A DNA stretch of 64,000 bases. It comes from the human T2T-CHM13v2.0 reference genome, Homo sapiens. The first letter of the stretch is position 1. Every line of letters starts with the position of its first letter. Positions 50,311 through 64,000 of the stretch are shown piece after piece. Under the pieces are notes generated by a model. It was not told the origin of the DNA and searched no databases. It saw nothing but the letters and a program-made list of their open reading frames with translations. The position numbers and the translations under genes were made by a program. Where the stretch lies: assembly GCF_009914755.1 (NCBI RefSeq), contig NC_060928.1, one strand, 5' to 3'.

Positions 50311-52596
50311 CCATGTAGGCTTTCAAATTATGAAAGACCTTTCCTCCTCTAGAGTCTACATATTCCTGGGATCCTGCCCAGCTATTCTGCTCCATCTCTA
50401 CCCTGCACCTGCCCAGCCCCATCCCCCTGACCAACCACTTCCTCCAGGTAGCATTCCTTGATTGAGCAAAATGCACACAATTATACATTTGCGTTTTCTC
50501 TCTATTGTTTTATGTTTTTCAAGTGTTTCATATGGATATTTACATTTTCCCCAATTCTCACACCAAGCTTCTCCAAGATCAAGAAGCCTTGCCTTCAGTA
50601 GTATCTTGGGTAGTGTAGACCCAAGAGCAACATCCCTAGTAAACGGCTAGATCTTCAGAACAAAATGTGGAGACTACCTTTTAAGTCGGCCTTTTGTGTC
50701 CTTTGCAAAATGGCTCTCTTGTTTATCAAAGTCTGTCTTGTACAGTAAGCGTATCAGAAGTCCATCTGAAGGAAGCATACAAAGGCAGGAAGCACTGACA
50801 TTTCCCCCCACCATGAGGTCCCCAAATCCATTCCTTCCCCATCTGCCAAGACATTCATCCATGCTCTAGTTATTTTCCACATCACAGTATTTTCTAAAAT
50901 TACTCTTTCCGGAGCCCTTCCTCACTCCTTCACTATCTCACTTGAGTCTATCCATGGCATCATTTTTCCCTCTGTTCTCTTAATCCCCCTTGGTGTACAC
51001 AGAACTTTCACAGGAATACTTGCTCCATCATTATCTGTCTCTGTTTCCAGAGTCCACTTAGGCCCTTAGGCTTTGCTCTCCTGACTCTGACTTCCTGAAC
51101 TGTCCAGAAGTAGTCCCCCTCCTTGCCAGGTCTTGAGATGTCCACGTGGAACTTTTCGGCCCGGCCCATTTGTATATGAATGTTTCACGCAACACTCTAC
51201 TACATCACTTCTGCTTCTGTGGGTAGCCAGCAGGGCCCTGTGTACAGGGATCATCTGTTTAAACTGAAATCTTGTCATTTGTTATGGCAGTTTTATTTAT
51301 GAGCCTGTGTGTTGTAACCTTGTGGCATAAATATTAAATAATAATATCTCTTGGGCAAAAAAATATCATTCATGTTAACTGACAACTTCTTATGAAAATA
51401 TGAAGTAAGCCCAACCACACAATTTGATATTGGCTAATTCTGAAATATGAGTAAAAGCACGGATTGCTCAACAGGTAGATGCACAGGCAGAATTATAATT
51501 TGCATTTTTACACCTTCTTGCTTCAAGAAATGAAACATTCAAGAAGTAAAAAACGTTAAAAGAAACGGGCTGAGTGGCAAATTTCTTCAGAATCAAATTC
51601 TAATTTCTGCCAGTATCTCCTAAGCAGTTTTTAGCTTCCAAAAAGAAAGACTCCAAATAATGACAATGCCACATAAGTGAAATGAATTCTGGACAATGAC
51701 ACTGCTCTTTTTTTTTTTTTTTTTTGGCATTCTGTGAATTTCCTATTACATCAGTTTCATGATTCAGCATTTTCCATTTCATTTATTTACAGTAATATAT
51801 GGCGAGATAACCCAAGGTTTCTGCAGGATTTTGGAACATAAGTTACTCTGGGCAGGAAGGGTGTCGCCTTCTGTAAATTTACTATTGTTTAGGAGAACTC
51901 AAAACAGAAGCAAGCAAGCCCTCAAAGGAACTGAGAAAATTTCTCCCCACTTTGTTCTGAGGGGTCTCAGCTACTCTGGTATTTAAAATAAATTGGTTTT
52001 GAAAAATAGGTTACTGCCCTTTAGTTGATGACTAAAACAGAAGCCAAGAAGTGTGCAAATTGCAAACTGACATGCATGAGCCAAACATATTCTCTGAAAT
52101 GACAATGTTCAAGACGCAGCTAAAGTCACCACTCTGGCGGTAAGCGTGTTACAGAGAACTAGATTTCTTTCCGGCATCCGCAACTTGGCTGGAGTGACCA
52201 AGGAGGAGTTGAAGAGCGCTGGAGATGCGAGGTGCGTTGGCAGAAAACTGTCCGGGCCGGGAGGACCCGGTGGAAACTAAAAGGAGGGTCGACGCGGGTG
52301 GCGGGCGCCGAGAGTAAGAGGCGAAGTTGGGCACGGGAAGGAAAGGAGCTGCGAGAAGATTGAGAGGGAAGCCCAGGAGGGGTGGGGGGTTGGGGGGTGC
52401 TGGAGACTGCGCGCGGCGGGGCGGGGAGCGAACTCCGGGCGGCGAGGCTCCCGGGTGGAGTAGAGGACAAGAAGGGGTCTCGAGGGTAACCCGACCCGGG
52501 TCTAGAGAGAGTCCAGGAGGGAAAGGAATGAGCACGAGCGAGAGAGCAGCTTGGCAAGTCCGGTCCAAGCGCCCCTCTCCACGCCCGGGGTACCTA

Positions 52597-53430
<834 letters not shown>

Positions 53431-53533
53431 TCACTTTCTCCTTTTCCTCCCTTTCCTCTTTCTCCCTTCCCATCCTCTTCCTCGCTTCCGCATTCTTCCT
53501 CTCCCACCCACCCCTTTTGCGGGTCGCACAGAC

Positions 53534-53590
53534 CAGTTCCCGCCCGTGCAATGGGTTTTTGTCTGGTTGCTTTTTTGGCCGGGGCGCCAT
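53534..53590 (-). CDS. SEL1L3: Coding part of an alternative first exon of SEL1L3 (MAPRPKKQPDKNPLHGREL)
   Basis: Strong Kozak context (ggaATGg) at 53590, then 19 codons and CTG|GTCTGT in phase 0, compatible with the exon 2 acceptor. Agrees with my unverified recollection of an alternative N-terminal isoform. Confidence 0.7.
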
Positions 53591-54532
53591 TCCCGCAGGG
53601 CGCAGGGCGAGTGTGCCCCCTGGAGTTGTGCCGCGCAGCTGCCCGGCTCCCAGGCCTTCAGGATGGATTTTGACCCCTGCCAACCTCCACCTGTCCACCT
53701 GCGGGGTTGGGACTGCCTCCTTGCTGGCATGTTTGCAGCCGGGCTGCGCCCCACCCTGCCGGCTGGTTCGCGGCACGTTCTGGATGTTTCCCGAGGGTTT
53801 TGTGTGGTGCCGCCGCCACCGCCACCACTGCGCTCTTTGTTTTAATTGTCCAGAGTATTGGCACCCAGGACGGGTTTGTATTTGATTTGCATCCCTGTGC
53901 TCCGGCTTCCACTTTGGACTGAGAAAAAAATGAATTAATTAGGTCAATACAGTAATACTGGAGCCCCAAATGAAAGGGGTGAGGCCCTGGAAGTGCGCAA
54001 ACAGCTTTTTAAAAAACCAGGACACATCCTCGGCCTTGGGGACGCAGGTTGAGACTGGCTGCTCTCCGACCCGGGTTCTGCGGCCTGGCGGGGAGGGGCC
54101 TCCGGCCGGCGGGACCACCAGCTCGCCGCCGGCCTTGGCGTTCAGGGAAGCGCTTGGCTGTGTCTAGCGGCTCCGACAACTATCTGGGCCCGCAGCTGCT
54201 GCTCTGAAACAGTTAATCCACCTTCCAAAGTTCGCAGAAGCTTCCCTTTAGCACTGGTAGATTTGTGCGGATTGGAACTAATAATAGCCTGGGAGCCTGA
54301 GAGGCCACAGCCCTTTCCCTGTGCCACGAGCATAGGTCAAGTCACAACAGACGTCGGGGAGAGGCTGGTGGTGAGACGGGGTGCCCGGGATGGTTTGACG
54401 GGCGTGGACGCGCCCTCAGCTGCTTCAGTACAGGCCTGGCCACACCAGGCATGGTGGCTCCTCAGCTGTCGTCCACTTTTTTTTAGGTCACCTAAGAGCT
54501 GTGGCCTTGTGTGAGTTCCCTGGCCTTATTCC

Positions 54533-54715
54533 ACCGGTTCTCAAACTTCAGAATTACCTGGAGGGATTGTTAAAACACAGATTCCTGGACTTCAGCCCTA
54601 GAATTTCTGACTCAGTTGGTCCTGGGAGGGACTTGAGAATGTACCTTTCTAACAAGCTCCTGGGTGATGTTAACGCGCTGGTTCAAACAGCCCTCCTCCA
54701 TTTCCAGAACTATTG
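54533..54715. mobile_element. MER5A-like DNA transposon
   Basis: ggttctcaaactt..agaattacctggagg..ttgttaaaacacagatt..tttctaacaagctcc motifs. Confidence 0.8.
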
Positions 54716-54848
54716 GCTTTTAGGGAACTGGGCTCCTGCTCCTCCCAGCCAGCTGCCACCACATTAAAGCATTTTGGGGGTTTTGACAGATGCTCCCACT
54801 ATCTCTGTTCCACTTCTGCAGAAACAAAGCACTTAACATTCTTCTGTG

Positions 54849-54856
54849 TGACGTGG
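54849..54856 (+). promoter_or_regulatory. UPRE-type motif TGACGTGG
   Basis: Exact match to the XBP1s/ATF6 UPR-element consensus, 1.3-1.9 kb upstream of the two start codons. Function not shown. Confidence 0.35.
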
Positions 54857-56000
54857 AAAACATTTATTCTATCGAGTGTCCAAGGGAACAAAAGATTTGG
54901 TGGCTTTGTCCCAGATCCTGTCTATATCTTTTCCATCAGGTCAAAATACAGACTATGCTTTTAATGTATATGGAAGGAAAATTGTCGGCCAGTTCAGGGG
55001 GAAGGGGCTTCAACAGGCATTGCAGCATTTCTAGGGTTGCCACCTGTCTTCCTGGGCCACGCTCCGGAGTTTCTCTCCTCCCACATTGTACACAGATTCT
55101 GTTGGTCTTCGGGGAGCTAAATGGTTCCTCGGGGTTGTTTGTAATCAGGATTCATGGAATTGGGAGTTTTCAAGGCCTTGTGAGCTTTGAGGATTTGGGT
55201 TTACCTAAGTGTAGGTAAGCAGAGTGCCCCACTGGAGGCTGGACTGTTTCTAACTTGCCATATCCAACTGCTCACTTCTCCCCTACTCACTCATCTCCTA
55301 TTGTGTTCCTACTGTGGACTGGGCACCACCTGAGGCCCCAGGATTCCAGAGGTAGGCAGGAAGGCTCTGTTTCTGCAAGGAGCACCAGGCATGCAGAAAA
55401 CCGGCCAGAGTTTGGTCTTCTAAGAGGGATGTGTGAGTTGCTCTCTCATCCTGAGCTAGAGGTGGTGGGATTAACTGCTTCATCCTGTGTTGGAGAGGGG
55501 GAGAGAAAAAGTCAAGATTTCTTTTCACGGGGGAGTGGGACGTTTTGATCCAGAAGACAGAATCAGCTCTTACTTTTGCGTCTCTCCAGCAGTTTGTGTC
55601 AGTCATTGAAAGGGCGTGGTCTGATTTCAGAAGAAAGCCCTTTATTTAAAAAGAAATATATCTTCCCATTGTCCCATGGAAGGGCTTGAAATCTCACCAT
55701 TACAATTCATCAGTTTAAATTAAGTTTTAATACTCCACTAAAAGTCGAAGGCCCCAGGGGGAGATTGGCCTCCCTTATTACTGCCTTGGTGTGAGTCAGT
55801 TTATCACATGCCCTTGGAAAGGGACCAATTCCACACCTCAACACGGGAAAGGACAAAGGCACAGAGTCCTGAGCTCATCATGGCCCGCCCCTAGGAGGAG
55901 ACTTCAGAGGCCTGGAGGGAGGGGCTGGAGAAAGGACTGCATCTGCATGCCTAGGTGGCACATCATAGCATTCCAGGTGAGATGTTCTGAGACTCTGAAA

Positions 56001-56308
56001 TTTTTTTTCTTTTTTTTTTCTTTTTGAGACGGAGTCTCACTGTGTTGCCCAGGCTGGAGTGCAGTGGCGTGATCTCAGCTTACTGCAACCTCCACCCCCT
56101 GGGTTTAAGCTATTCTCCTGCCTCAAGCCTCTAGAGTAGCTGGGATTACAGGCACCTGCCACCATGCCCAGCTAATTTTTGTATTTTTAGTAGAGATGGG
56201 GGTTTCACCATGTTGGCCAGGTTGGTCTTGAACTCCTGACCTCGTGATCCACCCACCTAGGCGTCCCAAAGTGCTGGGATTACAGGCGTGAGCCACCATG
56301 CCTGGCCC
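56001..56308 (-). mobile_element. Alu
   Basis: Reverse dimeric Alu consensus. Confidence 0.95.
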
Positions 56309-56496
56309 AAAATGGTTTAAGATCAGTCACGTCTCGGGGACCAATGCACTTGGTCAACTATTACTTTACCAAGCAAAAATAGTTTTTATAAACCAACTGC
56401 ATATACTATCTTCTGTCAGTATCATTTCATTAAAAAGACAAGGCCTTTTGCCATCAAAAAATTAGGAAGGGCCTAACATCCTAAGAAAAGACTGGT

Positions 56497-56797
56497 TTGG
56501 GTGCCATGGCTCATACTTGTAATCTCAGCACTTTGGGAGGCCAACACGGGTGGATCACTTGAGCCCAGAAGTTTGTGACCAGCTGGGCAACATGGTGAAA
56601 CCCTGTCTCTACTAAAAATACAAAAATTAGTCAGGTGTGGTGGTGTGTGCCTGCAGTCCCAGCTACTCAGGAAGCTGAGATGGGAGGATCGCTTGAGCTC
56701 AGGAGGTCAAGGCTGTACTGAGGTCTAATCACACCACTGCACTCCAGCCTGGGCGACAGAGTGAGACCTTGTCTTAAAAAAAAAAAAACAAAAAACA
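56497..56797 (+). mobile_element. Alu (J-like)
   Basis: Dimeric Alu with J-type motifs and A tail. Confidence 0.92.
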
Positions 56798-58639
56798 AGC
56801 TGTTCTTTAATCTGAATATTTTATTTCCGTCTTGTCTTTATATGTTGCATTTTGCTGTGGATCAGTAAAAACTTACCTTTGGAGTGGCCCTGTCCATGTC
56901 GGCAGTTGGTAACCACATTTCTATATACTAAGGATGTCTGGGGCAAAGAGATCTGCCCCTGCGGAGACAAATGACCTCCAGATTACAGGAGGTGGGTAGG
57001 AAGGCATTCTGCAGGAGTAGAGAGTGTTCCTTCCATCCACTTACCCTCCCACATAAATCTTTGAGGCCGAGGCAAATGCTGCCAGTTTTAGGGAATCTTC
57101 CCTCATGGCCTCAGGTCGAAACGCAATGGGTCGGTTCTCTGTGCCCCCAGCAGGCATTGCCTGTAATCCTAAGTGGCCACTGGCTAACTCTGCCTTATAT
57201 TGGGTATGTTAGTTGGCCTGTTCTCCTCCAGTAGACTATATGCCCCCCGAAAGCAGGGGTTATTTCTTAACCGTTTCTCTGTACCCCCATGCCTTGTACA
57301 TAGAACATTTCTGACATATTCACTGAATAAAGTTGAATCCAACATCTTCCTTTTTCATTTTTTCCTCTCCATCTTTCTTCCTCCCTCCCTTCCTTCTTTT
57401 CTTTTTTTATTCATTGTTGTCTCCCCAGTCTCTTCCTGTTAGAACATGGTTATTTCCACACTCAGGTTTCTCTGTAATTCTGCAGTCTTCTCCTTTCTTC
57501 CCCCTCCCTCTTTCCTGTAATTTCAGTTATTCAGAATGAAGATGAATGAACCGTGACATTTGCCTTTTATATCAAAATAAAAGAGAAGAAAGCAGAAATA
57601 GAAGAGAGGAAAGCAAAAATAGAAGATTGCTGTCAGGCAACACACTCCCCATCCCAATAGGAAAACCATGGTCTTTCTTTCTGCCAAAGGTGACCTCTGG
57701 GATCTAGACAAATCCTGCATGCCATTGTTTTATGGGCAGTATTTCCATTTTTCTTGTGGCCCCCTAGCCATTACATTCCCTAAATCTATTTCCTGTCTCT
57801 GTTTCTCCTTGTTTCAAATCCTCCATGTTTAACAGTTACTTCTTGCTTCTTCCTTCCATAGAACATCCCATCAGATACCAGCCTCATCTCCTCATCCTCA
57901 GACCCCATCCTTTGAGCCTCAAATCCCTGACTCTGCAGACTCTTTCCCTATGGGCCACAGAGCCCTTGCCTTGGGAAGTTGTGGTAAAGAAGGAAAAGGA
58001 AGCATCTGTGTAAACTGAAAGCTTTTCCGTGTATTTTTATGGGATGCTGAAGGTCTTGGAATCACTCGGTTTGTAGCCCAGGCATGCTCCAAAATGAGCT
58101 CTATTTCTGGGCCTGTCAGATGAAATGCTGTTGCTCCTGGTTATTTTTGGCTCTTTGCCCTTCTGAATAGGTGCATATTCAGCTCAATTCTTTCCCCCAC
58201 CCTGAGCTGGGGGAAAAAGCGGGCAGCTTCCCTTAGCCAAGCCCTCCCCTGTGTCAGGAGCGCTTTCCCCCTTAAGCAGCAGCTACTGACATAAGCTCTC
58301 TGGACAGCGCACGACTTATTTGTGCAGTGTCCAGGTGGGCAGCAGGGAAATCCATTCTCTGGCTCTCTTGGGCCATTGAGGGAAAGCTTTGTGAGCTGAA
58401 CATTTCCAGGCAGGTGCAACCAGATGTCCAGGGCCTCCTTATTCATACCCAGGTCTGCATCCTGCCCCACCGCCATAGTTGCAGAAACTTCTGCCATCCT
58501 TGGGGGGTATCAGGATAAGAAGCAGGGATTTCAGGCTCAGCGACCACAGAAGTCCCTGTATACTGGGTGTTTGGGGAAGGAAAGTACACAGGATGCAGAA
58601 GATCAAGGGCATGTGTCCATAGATGTAAGGACATCTTGG

Positions 58640-59176
<537 letters not shown>

Positions 59177-60063
59177 TCATAGGCATATTTTATAACTGCA
59201 TTCTGCAGCTCAAATCGCAATCTTGGGCAGGCATTAACATTGATTTAGGGCTTTTAGTCCACCTGATACTATGTAATATCGAGCACAATGAAACATCATG
59301 ATCAGCTGGGATGCTTAGTAAAGTCCATATAAAATCAAGAAACACACAGAGAAGAGGCAGCTAGAACGGGGTCCTCTTAGTAGCCACTTACCTCTACAGC
59401 TTTTCACGGAGAGGTTTCTTTTTGAGTTCTTATCAAGTATTACTTTGAGGCCTTCATTCATGTAATTCTCTTGGCAACCCGGAGAGGTAGACACTGTTAC
59501 TACCATCAGCCTCATTTTACAAATGAAGAAACAGAGACGTAGGAAAGATCCCAGGTCCACAGCCAGGAGGTGGCAGAGCCAGTTTGGATTCTGGTAATTT
59601 TGCTCAAGGACTAGTGCCCGTGTCACTACACCAAACTTGCTATGAAGGGCCAATGGAGAGGCAACCAGGTGCATGCTGGTGGGGAGGGGTCACATTTGAG
59701 TTTTAGGTTTAGGCCTCTGCCAGCACTTCACCAGGTGCTTGAGAACATAGATTTCTATGTCAGACACATTTGTCCAGGGCAACCCACCTCATCATAGCTG
59801 GGCTTGCTTGGGAAGATCACTAATCTTCAGTCCTCAGTCTCTGTGTCTGTAAAAATGGGACAAAGTTAATCTACCTGTTTACACAGTGTTGTGAAGGCCA
59901 GGTAAGGTAGCATAGTGAGGGTGGTGGTAAATTGTTGAGCCCTAGACAAGAATAAAGCATTGTTTGTGTATTATTCATATTTCCTAACTTCCAAAAAAGG
60001 CTCACAAGGAAAGATATAGCTCTTATAAGACCATGAAAAATTTTAAAAAGATTTATAAATACC

Positions 60064-60492
60064 TGTGGTGATATGTCTCTAATGATGACCCCACTCGTGA
60101 ACCACATCTCCCATTATGACCCTAAGGGAAGTGTTTCCTCAGTATTTCCCCGGGAAGTCAGCCACCATACAGCTACCAGCATGTTGTGAGAGGGCCCAAG
60201 CTATCCACGTGGATGGAGAGAGAGGTGCTCAGCCAGCCTTCAACCATCCAGGTCAGCCCAGCCCAGGTACCAAACATGAATGAGCAAACCATCTTGAACA
60301 TCTGTCCCGGTTGAGTCTTCAGATGACTCCAACCCTAGCCACCATCCCACTGAAACTGCATGAGAATTTGAAAGCAAGAAGTGCCCAGCTGAGTCCTGTC
60401 AGCTCACTGAACCATGGAAGATAAAAATAAATTGTTGTTTTGAGCCAGTAAGTTTGAGGGTAGTTTGTTTATAGCAATAGATAACTGAAACA
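60064..60492. mobile_element. Old MLT1-type solo LTR
   Basis: TG...CA ends with the characteristic terminus aataaattgttgttttgagcca.taagtttg.ggtagtttgtt..agcaatagataactgaaaca. Confidence 0.78.
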
Positions 60493-61808
60493 GTGCCCTG
60501 AGTATTTTAACAGGACAGTATAGTTAGCTCTGAGCTTCTTACTATTCAAAGCAAAAAGGGGAGTAGAATGGATTATAGGCATTTATTATCTTGAGATTCT
60601 GTGATTTACCTTAATGCAGGGTTCATCCAACTGTCTCTTTGCAGTCACATCAGAATGAAAATTAAACCATCTTCCTTACGTGAGAATTTCTCCTATCTTC
60701 ACCAAAACTATTTGTGCAAATTCTATAATCCGCCTTGCCAGAGCAAAACAAAGAATTACAGCTATCACTAATAAGAAAACATCCCTTGTATCTGGCCCAA
60801 ATCTTTCAAAACTCCAGGTCGAGCCCATTTTCTCCTGTTTGGTTCTCAGCACATCCTCTCCTCCTGCCTCATTCCCATCCCAAATTAAGTCGCAAACGGG
60901 CTCGGTGACTCCGGGGTCCTTAGCAGTCAGAATTAATGATTAAAATAGAAATGCTGAAAATAGTTGAAACCGAAGCAGATTGGATGATTTATTCAAACCT
61001 TCAGGAAAAATTACTATTCAGGCCAGAATTGAAATTTAGACCTGTGGTTCATAACCAATTAGAATGCAACTCTTCCCTGATGCTACCCACTCCCCCACCC
61101 CACACAAAAAAGGAAAAAAATATATAAAATTCATGCATGGCTATCCGGGTGTCCCTTAGAACCCACACTCTGGGATGTCAGAAACCATGTCTGTCTTCTG
61201 CGTAGTGTGGTGTTTATGCATTACTGGTGCTTATTAAAGCTTTTTTTCATTAACAGCACCTTCACAGTCTGATAATAAAAGACCTAAAAATGAGGGAATC
61301 AGTGATTCCCATTCTCTACAGTGTGGCATCAATAAGCAGGCAAGGCTGGTCTCCTAGGACGTCTAAATTGTCACATGGGGTATTTGCGGTCACCTCCCTC
61401 ACTTGGGACCCACAGTGGGCCCAGGCAACTCTTTGAAGGTAATGAAATTTGTCTTTCATGACTTGACCTCATTTTCTATACTCTTTCTCCCTCATTAGTC
61501 TTCACACCCCTAAATTGGGCTTTGGAGGCTTCTATGCTGAGAGTCTGCAGGTAGCCTGATCATTGGGAGACAGGGCCAGACTCAAATCCCAGCTGAGTTC
61601 CTTCTCCTACGTTTGCATAAACACTTTCCAGTCATCAAGACATTTCACATTTCAGTTCATGTTTGCAACAGTTCTGTGAAGTAGGCTGTTATGGGTTGAA
61701 CTGTGTTCCCTAAAAGGATATGTCAGAGTCCTAATCCTCAATACTTGTGAATGTGACTTTATTTGGAAATAGGGTTCATACAGGTGTCATCAAGTTAAGA
61801 TAAAGTCA

Positions 61809-62496
<688 letters not shown>

Positions 62497-63206
62497 GATG
62501 GAAATGTGGACGTGGACATAGACACGTACACAGGGTATGACAGTGTGAAGAGCCAGAGAAAAGATGGCCATGGGAGGCAGAGACTGGAGCCAGGATGCCA
62601 CAAGCCAAGGTGTGCTTGGGGCACCTAGAACCTGGAATAGGCAGCAGGATGCTCCTCTTGAGGTTTCAGAGGGAGCACAGCCTTGCCAGTACCTCGGTGT
62701 TGGGCTCCTACCTTCCAGAACTGTGAGACAATAAATTTCCTCATTTCAAACTGCCCAGCGTGCGTTCATTTTTCTCAGCAGTCCCAGAAAACGAATACAT
62801 AGATAGTTGTTATTTTCCCGTCCTTTTCCATCTAATGTTATTGGACCCTTATTGGGTTCCAGGCTCTATGCTGAACTCTGCAGCCTAGACCCAAGGCTAC
62901 AGGCTGATATAAAGCAATTCAAAGTTCCCGAGCCTTCTCATGAATTTCCGTGCTCATTCTGTTGTGTCTCAGGCTCCCGCCATCATCCTCATATCCAGGC
63001 GCCCCCCCGACCCATCACCATGGTTGTATCTGTGCCCCTTCCCACAACTATCAGAGATACACAGTGCTGGGACAGGAAGTGATGTTGGACATCTGCTGAT
63101 CTAACGCCCTGGTTTCCTGGTGTGCACACTGAGGTTCAGAGGAGTGGGGCAGCCAGTAGAAAGGCAGCCTTGCACTCAAGTACAGCTTCCCACTCCCTGC
63201 CTCTGA

Positions 63207-63292
63207 TCAATGCATGTCATGTGTCAATCCAACAAACAACAAATATTTGTCAATGCATGTTATGTGTCAATCCAACAAACAACAAATATTTG
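63207..63292. repeat. 43-bp tandem duplication
   Basis: tcaatgcatgt(c/t)atgtgtcaatccaacaaacaacaaatatttg occurs twice with one mismatch. Confidence 0.95.
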
Positions 63293-64000
63293 TACTGAAT
63301 TACTAATGACTGGTAAACACAATATAATGTACCTCGCAGAGGTATTTGAATGTGGAACAACGGCTTAACTCAGAGAAGTGAATGTCTAATAGTGGAACGT
63401 GGTGCTGCAGGTGGGGTGGGCATGGCAGGGCAGGAAGATTTGAGAGCAAGTGTGGGGTCTTTAGCTGACCGTTTATCTCATATCCCTAGAGCGACTTCTG
63501 TGTCTGCTAAGTATAGGACTGGCTACCCTGGAGAATTGTGGAAGTGGGCCAAGGAGGAGCTTGCCCCCTTCTGTACTTTGAGAGGCCATGCGGGCTCTCT
63601 CAAAGTACAGGTGGCCAATGGCTTCCTGGATGCAGAAGGAAGCACTGGCCTCATTATATGCAGGTTTCACGACTGCTGTTTTAAACTCCAATACTGCTGA
63701 ACCATTCAGAAATAAATCCATTATAGGTCTGCTTTAGCCCCAGGGCTTTCACACAGGTCACTAGAAAATCCAAGATTGCACAGTAATTCAAACTCTTAGG
63801 AAGGAAAAAACAAATTCTCTTCAGCGCTTCCTCCCTCCCCTCCCAGCTCCTGGCCTAAAAGGAAGCACCTCTTCATTTCTGTAGTGCTTTGGAATAAGTA
63901 GCTCTTACATTGAACTTGAAATCTAAATTTTTCTTCAGCTATTAATTGATAAGAGCAGCTCATTTTACTTCTCATGCTCTGAAGTAAGATTACAGTGTAA

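Overview
Human (primate) genomic DNA covering the 5' part of SEL1L3 (sel-1 homolog 3) on the minus strand, plus about 10 kb of upstream sequence. The gene is identified by recognising its protein sequence. Nine coding exons were reconstructed by hand: 52914-52753, 37941-37371, 25397-25271, 23643-23522, 23184-23069, 20233-20175, 12205-12073, 10017-9885 and 8356-8216. All have GT-AG boundaries and consistent phases, giving 1564 nt (521 codons + 1 nt). The gene continues beyond position 1. The promoter is a CpG island at about 52.1-54.4 kb. The rest is intron or intergenic sequence with about 28 Alus, old L1/L2/MIR fragments, MLT1 LTRs and MER DNA transposons. Repeat boundaries and subfamily names are approximate. 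I found no convincing new biological system. The best leads concern isoforms and regulation: an in-phase alternative first exon that removes the hydrophobic leader, several competing start codons, a possible intronic-polyadenylation isoform after exon 5, a UPRE upstream of the promoter, an intronic E-box cluster and inverted Alu pairs around exons.
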